Assembly (NCBI RefSeq): GCF_020969955.1 | Contig: NZ_JAHDSX010000007.1 | Coordinates: 36,973 to 68,972 of the forward strand | Direction of reading: 5' to 3' | Length of the DNA stretch: 32,000 bases | From: Allobaculum fili | GTDB lineage: Bacteria > Bacillota_I > Bacilli_A > Erysipelotrichales > Erysipelotrichaceae | Shown here: positions 9,116 to 16,183 of the stretch, one piece after another | Numbering within the stretch: position 1 is the first letter of the stretch | Layout of the letters: every line of letters begins with the position of its first letter | Position numbers and translations under genes: made by a program | Notes under the pieces: model-generated | The model's input: the letters and a program-made list of their open reading frames with translations, nothing else | What the model was told of the DNA's origin: nothing | Database searches by the model: none

Positions 9116-9904
9116 TTAAGAAGAAAGCTTGCCGATAAATTCCTGTACGCGGGTTTTGGATGAAGAGAACAGCTCTTCGGGCGTTCCTTCTTCGAGAATC
9201 ACGCCGTGTTCCAGAAAAATGATGCGATCGGAAACTTCTCTGGCAAAGCCAAGTTCGTGGGTGACAATGACCATTGTGATGTGTTCGCTGGCCAGCTGTT
9301 TTAAAACTTTCAGCACTTCGCCAGTCAGCTCCGGGTCCAGTGCGGAAGTCGGTTCATCCAGAAAGAGAATTTCCGGCTTCATCGCCAGAGCACGGGCAAC
9401 GCCTACGCGCTGCTGCTGCCCGCCGGAAAGCTGGCAGGGATAGGCATCGGCTTTATCGGCCAGACCAAACTGCGCCAGCAGATCCAGAGCCGTCTGTTTC
9501 GCCTGGTCTTTTGGCGCCTTGAGCACGCGCGTCTGGGGATCCGTAATGTTCTTTAAGACGGTGTAATGCGGGAACAGATTGAAGTTCTGAAAGACGAGTC
9601 CGAAATACCGGTGGAGCCTTGCCAGCGTCTTTTTATCGACATACTGGGAAGGTCCGTTTTCTGTGCCCTGAGCTTTGCAGACGGGATCGCTGCCGTAATA
9701 AAGGGAACCGTGGTCCATCGTCTCTAACAGCGTGGAGCAGCGAAGCAGGGTGGATTTGCCGGATCCGGACGGTCCGATAATCGAGACGATTTCGCCGGGC
9801 ATGACCTGAAGCGAAACGTCCTTGAGCACTTCGTTTTCGCCAAACGATTTGGAAAGATGCGAAATTTTCAGTACGGGCATCGAGGCGTTTTCATTCGAAT
9901 TCAT
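9116..9904 (-). CDS. polar amino-acid ABC transporter ATP-binding protein (GlnQ/TcyC-like)
   Basis: Walker [13 protein letters not shown] signature LSGGQQQRV, Walker [14 protein letters not shown]-loop THE. SD AAAGGAG lies 7 nt before ATG 9904. Confidence 0.95.
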   Translation of the reverse strand: MNSNENASMPVLKISHLSKSFGENEVLKDVSLQVMPGEIVSIIGPSGSGKSTLLRCSTLLETMDHGSLYYGSDPVCKAQGTENGPSQYVDKKTLARLHRYFGLVFQNFNLFPHYTVLKNITDPQTRVLKAPKDQAKQTALDLLAQFGLADKADAYPCQLSGGQQQRVGVARALAMKPEILFLDEPTSALDPELTGEVLKVLKQLASEHITMVIVTHELGFAREVSDRIIFLEHGVILEEGTPEELFSSSKTRVQEFIGKLSS

Positions 9905-9918
9905 AAAAGCGCTCCTTT

Positions 9919-10569
9919 CTATACCCGGTAATAGGCGTAATGCTTTTCAATCCGCTCACAGACAAAGCTGACGATCAGGTTGAACACGTAGTAGTACAGA
10001 CCGGCAATCATCAGCGGCATAATCGTCGCCTGCGCTGCGGCAAGCTGTTTGGCCATTGTAAACATTTCCGCTACCGCAATGACGAAGGCCAGAGACGTAT
10101 CCTTAACGAGCGTGATGATTTCGTTGGTAATCGCCGGCATGACCTGCTTGATCAGCTGCGGCAGCAGGATATGAAAGAACGTCTGGGTTCTCGAATAGCC
10201 AAGGACTTTCGCGGCTTCTTCCTGGCCTTTGGGAAGGGCCTGCAGACCGCTTCGATAAATTTCCGCAAAGTAGGCAGCGTAATTGATCGAGAACGCGATA
10301 ATGACGGCAATAAAGCGATAGTCCGCGCCGACTTTCATACGGAACAGATAGTACGGGCCAAAATATACGACGATCAGCTGCAGCATCAGCGGGGTGCCGC
10401 GCATAATGGAAATGTAGATGCGGGTAATTGTACTTATAATTTTGTTTTTGGACATTCGGCCAAAAGCCACAATCATGCCAAGCGGCAAGGAAAAGATCAG
10501 GGTCAGCGCGAAGATTTCAATGGTGACCAGAAGGCTTTTGCCGATTTCCAGAAATGTATACCAGTCCAT
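9919..10569 (-). CDS. polar amino-acid ABC transporter permease
   Basis: 216-aa multi-TM protein with the EAA-type loop (...EEAAKVLGYSRTQTFFHILLPQ...) typical of HisM/GlnP-family permeases. Confidence 0.9.
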   Translation of the reverse strand: MDWYTFLEIGKSLLVTIEIFALTLIFSLPLGMIVAFGRMSKNKIISTITRIYISIMRGTPLMLQLIVVYFGPYYLFRMKVGADYRFIAVIIAFSINYAAYFAEIYRSGLQALPKGQEEAAKVLGYSRTQTFFHILLPQLIKQVMPAITNEIITLVKDTSLAFVIAVAEMFTMAKQLAAAQATIMPLMIAGLYYYVFNLIVSFVCERIEKHYAYYRV

Positions 10570-10578
10570 CGCAAAGCC

Positions 10579-11415
10579 TTATTTCTTATAATCCTCAATG
10601 ACAAGGAAGTCCGTCAGACCGTATTTCTCGGCAATTTCCTGAACCTTGCCTTCGTCATACAGCGTGTAGACATCGGCCTGTACTGTGTCACGCAGATCGG
10701 TATTTCCTTTCAGGAAGCCGATGGCGTACACTTCGGAAGCCAGCGGCTCATCCAGCTTGCGGAATGCACCGTCTCCACGGTTGGCGATCTGGTAATCCGC
10801 GACGCCGACATCGAGGGCAACCGCGTCAATTCCTCCGGCTTCAAGATCCATGAAGGCGGTGTTGTAGTCGCCGTACTGCGTCAGGTTGGCGAAGGAACTT
10901 GCCAGATCGGCGTTATCTTCGCTTTCCAAAGCCGCAAGCGCGGAAGAGTCTTTCTGTACGCCGACGTTTTTGCCGGCCAGATCGGCCGCGCTTTGAATAT
11001 CGGAGTCTGCCGGTACGACGAATACTTGCGAGTTATCAATATACGGATCGCTGAAGGTGTAATCGTCTTCACGTCCGTCCATGGTGAAGCCGTTCCAGAT
11101 GCAGTCGATCGTGCCGTTGGAAAGTTCCATATCCTTGGAATCCCAGTCAATCGGCTGTTTTACGAGCGTCCAGCCTTCCATTTCAGCGACCGCTTCGGCC
11201 AGTTCCAGATCAAATCCGGTGTATTCGCCGTTCTCGTCTTTATAGCCGTATGGCGGGAATTCGGCGTCGAAGCCTACCGTAAACGTTTTCGCCGAAGCGT
11301 CGCTTCCGCTCTGGCTGGAAGCTTTTGCGCTCTCACCAGCATTCGAATTGCCGGAGCAGCCGGCAAGCAGGGAACCGGCGACCAGAGCCGATAAAAGCAG
11401 GTTGGTTTTTTTCAT
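10579..11415 (-). CDS. amino-acid ABC transporter substrate-binding lipoprotein
   Basis: Signal peptide with lipobox MKKTNLLLSALVAGSLLAGCSG; SBP family-3 style body (FTVGFDAEFPPYGY...DCIWNGFT...). SD AGGAG upstream of the ATG. Confidence 0.9.
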   Translation of the reverse strand: MKKTNLLLSALVAGSLLAGCSGNSNAGESAKASSQSGSDASAKTFTVGFDAEFPPYGYKDENGEYTGFDLELAEAVAEMEGWTLVKQPIDWDSKDMELSNGTIDCIWNGFTMDGREDDYTFSDPYIDNSQVFVVPADSDIQSAADLAGKNVGVQKDSSALAALESEDNADLASSFANLTQYGDYNTAFMDLEAGGIDAVALDVGVADYQIANRGDGAFRKLDEPLASEVYAIGFLKGNTDLRDTVQADVYTLYDEGKVQEIAEKYGLTDFLVIEDYKK

Positions 11416-11431
11416 AATTTTTCTCCTGTCC

Positions 11432-11491
11432 TAATGAAAAGGAACAGGCTGTGCAAAGGGACAAATGTCCGAAGATTTTGACAGGCTGTTC
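11432..11491 (-). terminator. terminator/attenuator-like compound hairpin immediately upstream of the ABC operon SD
   Basis: On the reverse strand: GAACAGCCTGT ...(28 nt with inner GGAC-auuu-GUCC)... ACAGCCTGTTC, followed by CTTTTCATT and then the SD. 11-bp stem with one central C.C mismatch. Confidence 0.4.
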
Positions 11492-11830
11492 ACAATATTT
11501 GAAAGTTTATCACACTTGAAAACGACAATCCCGCGTCTTTCCAGAAACTGTAAATGTTTTCAGGATTATGACGGAAACGCAATCAAAATGCAATGCGTGT
11601 CCAGAAGTACGCCTGCCCACGATAACAAACTTCTTCTCGTTCTCCATATCTCTTGCCCAAAGGGGACGGATTTTTTTAAGGAAGAATCTCCCTGTCCAAA
11701 ACCGTTCTCTCTGCGCCAGAGTGAGGCGGATTATCGAGCCCGCTTTGCTGATCCGGCAAAATACAGACATCTGGATTTTCAGAGATCGATTGTGAAATTC
11801 GATTTCAAGCGTAAATTCTGACATCGATCA
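11492..11830 (-). promoter_or_regulatory. long untranslated leader / unexplained intergenic region upstream of the ABC importer (candidate cis-regulatory RNA, class not identified)
   Basis: The ~480-bp gap between divergent genes has no convincing CDS. Both long ORFs here use rare-looking codons (AGG, AGA, ATA, TTA) and lack family resemblance. Several local stem-loops are present. I could not match T-box, SAM, lysine or glycine riboswitch cores by eye. Confidence 0.3.
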
Positions 11831-11843
11831 TTGGGCAGGCATC

Positions 11844-11872
11844 GTTTGGTTTTATCATCCGAAAAGTATAAT
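11844..11872 (+). promoter_or_regulatory. possible promoter of the Fic gene
   Basis: -10 TATAAT at 11867..11872, with a weak -35 (GTTTGG/TTTGGT) 16-17 nt upstream. Confidence 0.35.
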
Positions 11873-11896
11873 GGTATTGCCGATTAGGAAGGGCTG

Positions 11897-12919
11897 ATGC
11901 CGATGAAATATATGACGGTACAGAAGGCATCAAGAAAATGGGACATCTCCGATCGCCGCGTGCGCTATCTCTGTTCCAATGGCCGAATCCGCGGAATTCT
12001 GCAGCAGGGAAGGCGCTATCTGATTCCGGAAAACGCAGAAAAGCCTAAAGATGAGAGGGTAAGCCGCAATAAAGCGGCTAAAGAGCGTAAATACAACGAC
12101 TTTACCCGGCTCGATCTGCTCAAGAAGCTGGTTAAGGAACTTCCGCAGGAAGATCCTCTGACCCAGGCGGTCGGCAGGAAAAACTTTATTTGTGAATTTG
12201 CCAGTTCCATCTGCGCCCAGCAGGGAGCGGATCTCAGTTTTGAACAGGCTTCGCATATGGTCGACGGTCAGGTCGAACCAGTTTTTTCCCTTGCCGAACA
12301 TCTCGACGTTCGAGGCGTTCACGATGCCTGGATTTATTTGTTCAGCTGTCTGAAGGAAAAGAAAACGCTCAGCCAGAACATGATTCGCGCGGTCCATTCG
12401 CTGGCCGATCTCAATCATTCCTTTTCGCGCGGAAAGTATCGGAAAGTGCATGTCCGCATCTGTGCGGGTGCCGATCGTTCCATATCCCTCGATCTGATCG
12501 AACCCAAACTCAGTGAACTGCTCAATCTGAACTCGCGCTGGAAAAAGGAAATGCATCCTATTGAACGGGCTACGCGCTTTTATCTCGAGTTTCTGGCGAT
12601 TCATCCCTTTGAAAATGCCGACAAAAGTGTTGCGCAGCTGCTTCTCTGCTACGATCTGATGCAAAACGGCTATCCGCCTTTGGTCTTCATACAGGAGGAT
12701 CTGGACGAATGGCAGCAGGCCGTAGAAGAATACGAAAGCGACCGCAATGCTAAGCGGATGGTTCGTCTGGTCCGCCGCAAGATGGAAGAGAAGATGGAAG
12801 CCGTTCTTGCCGCAAACCGGGCCAAACGAAAACGCAAGGCGGCCCGAAGAAAAAAGATTGCCCAGACGCTGCAGAGGCAGCTGCCGTCCTTTGAACAGAC
12901 GGAAAGTCTGCGCTCCTGA
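11897..12919 (+). CDS. Fic-domain protein with N-terminal helix-turn-helix; Fic motif degenerate (HPFENADKSVAQ)
   Basis: N-terminus MTVQKASRKWDISDRRVRYLCSNGRIRG..RRYLIPENAEKP resembles the MerR/excisionase-type HTH common on Fic proteins. The core ...ERATRFYLEFLAIHPFENADKSVAQLLL sits where HPFx(D/E)GNGRxxR is expected. Basic K/R-rich C-terminal tail. Confidence 0.8.
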   Translation: MPMKYMTVQKASRKWDISDRRVRYLCSNGRIRGILQQGRRYLIPENAEKPKDERVSRNKAAKERKYNDFTRLDLLKKLVKELPQEDPLTQAVGRKNFICEFASSICAQQGADLSFEQASHMVDGQVEPVFSLAEHLDVRGVHDAWIYLFSCLKEKKTLSQNMIRAVHSLADLNHSFSRGKYRKVHVRICAGADRSISLDLIEPKLSELLNLNSRWKKEMHPIERATRFYLEFLAIHPFENADKSVAQLLLCYDLMQNGYPPLVFIQEDLDEWQQAVEEYESDRNAKRMVRLVRRKMEEKMEAVLAANRAKRKRKAARRKKIAQTLQRQLPSFEQTESLRS

Positions 12920-13140
12920 TGCATATGCAGCAGTAAAACCGGAAGAAATAAGAATCCACAGATACGGATGCTTTTGTCTTCTGGTTTTGTTTCTTAACGA
13001 ATCCTGAATCCTCTATTAAGCTTCTTTACAGCCGTCTTTTGAAATGTTGATCCGTGCTATAGTACAAATATCGAAAATCCTGTGTTCCTTTCGTCTGAAC
13101 TGGACTGAACGTGAACCGGATTCCTTATGGAGGAAACAGA

Positions 13141-14346
13141 ATGGGAATTCTCAGATGGGGAATTGACGCAGCCGCTTCAGCGTATGCGGATCAGCCCAAA
13201 GAAGTATTATTTGCGGAAGGATTAAACAACGATGTCCTGGCCGTTCCCGCAACGGCAAAAGGAAAAAAAGGCACGCCAAACGTCTTAACTGACGGCTCCG
13301 TCTTTAACGTTGGAATCAACCAGGCCGCACTGCTCATTGAAAATGGTCAGGTTCATGATTTCGTCATTGCGGACGATGAAAAAATGACCGGTCAGTATAT
13401 TTACGATACGTCCCGTGAGCCGTCCTTATTAAACGGCGGAACCCGCGAATGGAAAAATGTCTGGAATCTGGTGAAGAGCCGTTTCCAGTACGGCGGCCAG
13501 TCTCCAAACCGCATGCAGCTGGTGTATATCAACCTGAAGGAAATCACCGAAAACCCGGTTGGTGTCGGCAAAGTACCCTTTATCGATACATATCTCGGTA
13601 CACGTCTTCTTTTAGGCGTTCATGGCTACTATACATTCCGGATTTCCAACCCGGCAGCGTTCTATGAAAATCTGCTGATGGATCCGTCGAAAAAATACCG
13701 TAAGGAAGAAATTACTGAACAGCTGCGCGTGGAAATGATGCCGAAAATTTCCGGTGCGCTGACCCGCATTGCGCCTGCCTGCGTAAATGGCTATCAGGAT
13801 ATTTACGTTCACGATACCGATCTTGCCAACGCGCTCAACGAAGCGCTCGGTCAGGAATGGCTCGACAAACGCGGCATTGAACTCGTGAAAGTCGCTCTGA
13901 ACCCGGAAGTTGCCCCAGCAGATCTGGAACGCGTCATGCAGCTGGAAAATGCGCGCACGCTCTCCAACTCCCAGATGGCGTTCGGTTCCATGGTCAATGC
14001 GCAGAACAATGCGATGCAAAACGCTGCAGCCAATGCCAATGGGGCAGTAAACGGCTTTATGGGAATGAATATGGCCGGTGGCAATTCGCAGACCGCCTCG
14101 CTCCTTGCCCAGAAAATGGAACAGGAAAAGGCAGCGCAGGAAGCAGCAGCCAAAGCAGCGGCTGCGCCTGCACCGAGCAGTGATAGCCAGACCTGGGTTT
14201 GCGCGAACTGCGGCGAAACCGCAACTGGCCGATTCTGCGCAAACTGCGGGACGTCAAAACCTGAAGTGAAATTCTGCCCGAACTGCGGAGCGAAAACGAC
14301 TCCAGGTTCCAAATTCTGCACCAACTGCGGAACGAAACTCAGTTAA
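13141..14346 (+). CDS. SPFH (stomatin/prohibitin-like) domain protein with C-terminal double zinc ribbon (YdjI / COG4260-like)
   Basis: MGILRWGIDAAASAYADQ... N-terminus typical of the YdjI-like family. A/Q-rich linker, then four CxxC pairs (CANCGETATGRFCANCG...FCPNCGAKTTPGSKFCTNCG). SD GGAGGA lies 6 nt before ATG 13141; the ORF-track GTG 13111 is less likely. Confidence 0.8.
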   Translation: MGILRWGIDAAASAYADQPKEVLFAEGLNNDVLAVPATAKGKKGTPNVLTDGSVFNVGINQAALLIENGQVHDFVIADDEKMTGQYIYDTSREPSLLNGGTREWKNVWNLVKSRFQYGGQSPNRMQLVYINLKEITENPVGVGKVPFIDTYLGTRLLLGVHGYYTFRISNPAAFYENLLMDPSKKYRKEEITEQLRVEMMPKISGALTRIAPACVNGYQDIYVHDTDLANALNEALGQEWLDKRGIELVKVALNPEVAPADLERVMQLENARTLSNSQMAFGSMVNAQNNAMQNAAANANGAVNGFMGMNMAGGNSQTASLLAQKMEQEKAAQEAAAKAAAAPAPSSDSQTWVCANCGETATGRFCANCGTSKPEVKFCPNCGAKTTPGSKFCTNCGTKLS

Positions 14347-14386
14347 GCGTCCAATCGCCTGGTTCATCACATTCAAAACCGAAACG

Positions 14387-14425
14387 AAAGGCTCAGTCCC
14401 GTACAGGAGGCTGAGCCTTGTCTCG
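14387..14425 (+). terminator. putative terminator after the SPFH gene
   Basis: AAGGCTCAG-N14-CTGAGCCTT 9-bp stem; the T-tract is weak (GTCTCGTT). Confidence 0.45.
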
Positions 14426-14551
14426 TTATGGGTATTAGAAAGAGGAGTCTTCTTCACACCAAAGCAGATCAGTTCCCAAACAATATTGTTTTTTAACACT
14501 TAGAAGCCGTACATAATGTTCTTAGATTCATGCTCCCAAGGAGGTCATGTG

Positions 14552-14758
14552 ATGGATGAATTGATTAAAGACGTCGTGATAAGGATATTGGAAAACAACC
14601 GTGAACTGGGATCCTTGTCTGGCGATTTCGCTAAAGGAAAGAGGTTAGCCTATTACGAGATTTTAGATTTAATTAATAGCAGATTAGAGATCCTCGGGAA
14701 TAATCCTTCTTCTTTTGGCATTAAAGACGATCCGTTCAAATTGATCAATTTAAATTAG
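14552..14758 (+). CDS. small hypothetical protein (68 aa)
   Basis: SD AAGGAGG (14538..14544) lies 7 nt before ATG 14552: MDELIKDVVIRILENNRELGSLSGDFAKGKRLAYYEILDLINSRLEILG... A/T-richer than its neighbours. The 3' end overlaps the convergent flavodoxin gene by 14 nt. No family recognised. Confidence 0.5.
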   Translation: MDELIKDVVIRILENNRELGSLSGDFAKGKRLAYYEILDLINSRLEILGNNPSSFGIKDDPFKLINLN

Positions 14759-15359
14759 CACATGCAGGCGAGTCGCCTGCTCCGAAAGAACAGACAATGA
14801 AAACCGGCTTATTAATCCGGAGTGTTTCTGGATGTTTTAAAGCGTCAAGGGCTTGAAAAAGCGGTTCGATAATCGAAGGATCGGTGAAATCACAGGACTG
14901 ACTCAACAATCTGGACATGGCCTCTTCCTGCTCTGATTTGTCCTTCTTCTTTTTGAGCATGCTGGCAAGCATTTTCAACATCAGCCGGCTCGCCAGAGAC
15001 ATCTTTGAATAATTCAGACCGCCTGGAAAATAGAAAACACGCTCCGGGGCAGTATTCAGTGCTTTTCCAGCTTCATCGAGCGCCAGGAGCGTATCCGGAA
15101 AAGGAGAAGAAGCGGCTCCGGTTACAAAAAGAAAGACGGGCTGATCTGGATTATTTTTTCGGATTTTGGCAAAGTCGGCAAGGGCATGAAGGTTTCCCGC
15201 CTGCATCCAGGTCCCAAAGATCAGTACGTCAAAAGTCGACAAATCCATAGTTCGGCTTTTGGAGAGCGGGAAGCATTCGCCATCAATCCGGCTTGCAATC
15301 CATTGGGCGTACCGCTCTGTAAAGCCGGTCTGGGAATGGCAGAGGACAGCTGTTTTCAT
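14745..15359 (-). CDS. flavodoxin-domain protein
   Basis: MKTAVLCHSQTGFTERYAQWIA...DVLIFGTWMQAG: a flavodoxin-like FMN-binding N-terminal pattern. SD AAGGAG lies inside the end of marR, so it is translationally linked (2-nt gap). Confidence 0.8.
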   Translation of the reverse strand: MKTAVLCHSQTGFTERYAQWIASRIDGECFPLSKSRTMDLSTFDVLIFGTWMQAGNLHALADFAKIRKNNPDQPVFLFVTGAASSPFPDTLLALDEAGKALNTAPERVFYFPGGLNYSKMSLASRLMLKMLASMLKKKKDKSEQEEAMSRLLSQSCDFTDPSIIEPLFQALDALKHPETLRINKPVFIVCSFGAGDSPACANLN

Positions 15360-15361
15360 CC

Positions 15362-15949
15362 TTATTCTCCTTTGTCTGCGGAAAGTCGGGTTTCCGGCAG
15401 TTTGTCTTTTTTGTTTTCTGCGCGCTTTTCTTCGATTTTTGCAGGAACAGGGGACTCTTCATCAGGTGCTTTCATTGCGGCTTTTTCCAGAAGATCTGCC
15501 CCGTTTAACAGGCTGAGAAGCATTTCAAAAAGCGCGAGCGTCTGATCCTCATTCAAGCCGGTGAACAGTTCGCCAAGCTGCTCGCGATACGGAGCGAAAG
15601 CTCCGTCAAAACAGGCATCCGCTTTATCAGTCAGAAGAATCATTAAAGCGCGCGGCCGATCCGGGTTTGTTTCTATATGGACGAAGCCCTTCTTTTCTAA
15701 AGAAAGCGCGAGCTTTTTAACATTCTGCCTTGAACAGCCGAGCATCTTGCCGCATTCTCCCAGGCTGAGCGGCTGCTCAAGGTCATGCAAAGTCGACAGC
15801 AGCATGAACTGGCGAAGTGTAACCTCCGGAATACCTGCATCAAAGAGATTCTGGATCCGATTTGTCAGCATGAACAGAAGATTGAAGATGGCTCTTTGCG
15901 CAAGTTCCGGATTTTGAGAGGACTTCTCGATTCGATCTTTGAGTTCCAT
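15362..15949 (-). CDS. MarR-family transcriptional regulator
   Basis: Winged-helix region ...TLRQFMLLSTLHDLEQPLSLGECGKMLGCSRQNVKKLALSLEKKGFVHIETNPDRPRALMILLTDKA... is typical of MarR. Acidic/lysine-rich C-terminal tail. Confidence 0.9.
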   Translation of the reverse strand: MELKDRIEKSSQNPELAQRAIFNLLFMLTNRIQNLFDAGIPEVTLRQFMLLSTLHDLEQPLSLGECGKMLGCSRQNVKKLALSLEKKGFVHIETNPDRPRALMILLTDKADACFDGAFAPYREQLGELFTGLNEDQTLALFEMLLSLLNGADLLEKAAMKAPDEESPVPAKIEEKRAENKKDKLPETRLSADKGE

Positions 15950-16027
15950 GAGATTTCTGTACCTTTCCTTCCTGTAAAAATGCTCGACTTCCTGTATTGA
16001 ATTAGAAAAGCTGGCTTTTAACCCGCT

Positions 16028-16047
16028 ATATGTAACTGGTTACCTAT
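16028..16047. promoter_or_regulatory. palindromic candidate MarR operator overlapping the marR promoter
   Basis: ATATGTAACTGGTTACCTAT (core GTAAC-tg-GTTAC, 8 of 10 positions symmetric) overlaps a reverse-strand TATAAT-like element (TATATAATAGG), ~80 nt upstream of the marR ATG. Confidence 0.4.
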
Positions 16048-16117
16048 TATATACCATCCCATCGTTCTGCTCTCCATCTTTTTTTCGGGTAATATTTTCA
16101 GTGGCGAAAAATTTCAG

Positions 16118-16151
16118 AAAAAAGGCCCGAAATCCATATAAGATTTCAGGC
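16118..16151 (-). terminator. intrinsic terminator after the 442-aa gene
   Basis: Reverse strand: GCCTGAAATC-ttatatg-GATTTCGGGC followed by CTTTTTTCTG. Confidence 0.75.
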
Positions 16152-16183
16152 TGTAGGATATGCAGTGATCTTGTGCGTGCGGA

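Noticed and set aside
9940-11394. 484-aa forward-strand ORF spanning the ABC permease and substrate-binding genes
   Set aside because: It is antisense to two well-supported reverse-strand genes with clear family motifs. The translation is R/G/F-rich without motifs, and there is no SD. A typical shadow ORF.
11465-11824. 118-aa (+) and 104-aa (-) ORFs inside the long ABC/Fic intergenic region
   Set aside because: They are mutually overlapping, use codons rare in the neighbouring genes (AGG, AGA, ATA, TTA, AGT), have weak or absent SDs, and show no family resemblance. I treat the region as non-coding leader, though a conserved small protein cannot be fully excluded without a search.
11492-11830. 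Assigning the ABC leader to a specific riboswitch class (T-box, SAM-I, lysine, glycine)
   Set aside because: There are isolated resemblances (CAGAGAG, GGACAGGGAG, GCCTGTCAAAATC), but no conserved core (e.g. the T-box GGTGGTACCGCG or the SAM-I GGAGGGA...GCAACC) is present in the right order. Naming a class would be unsupported.
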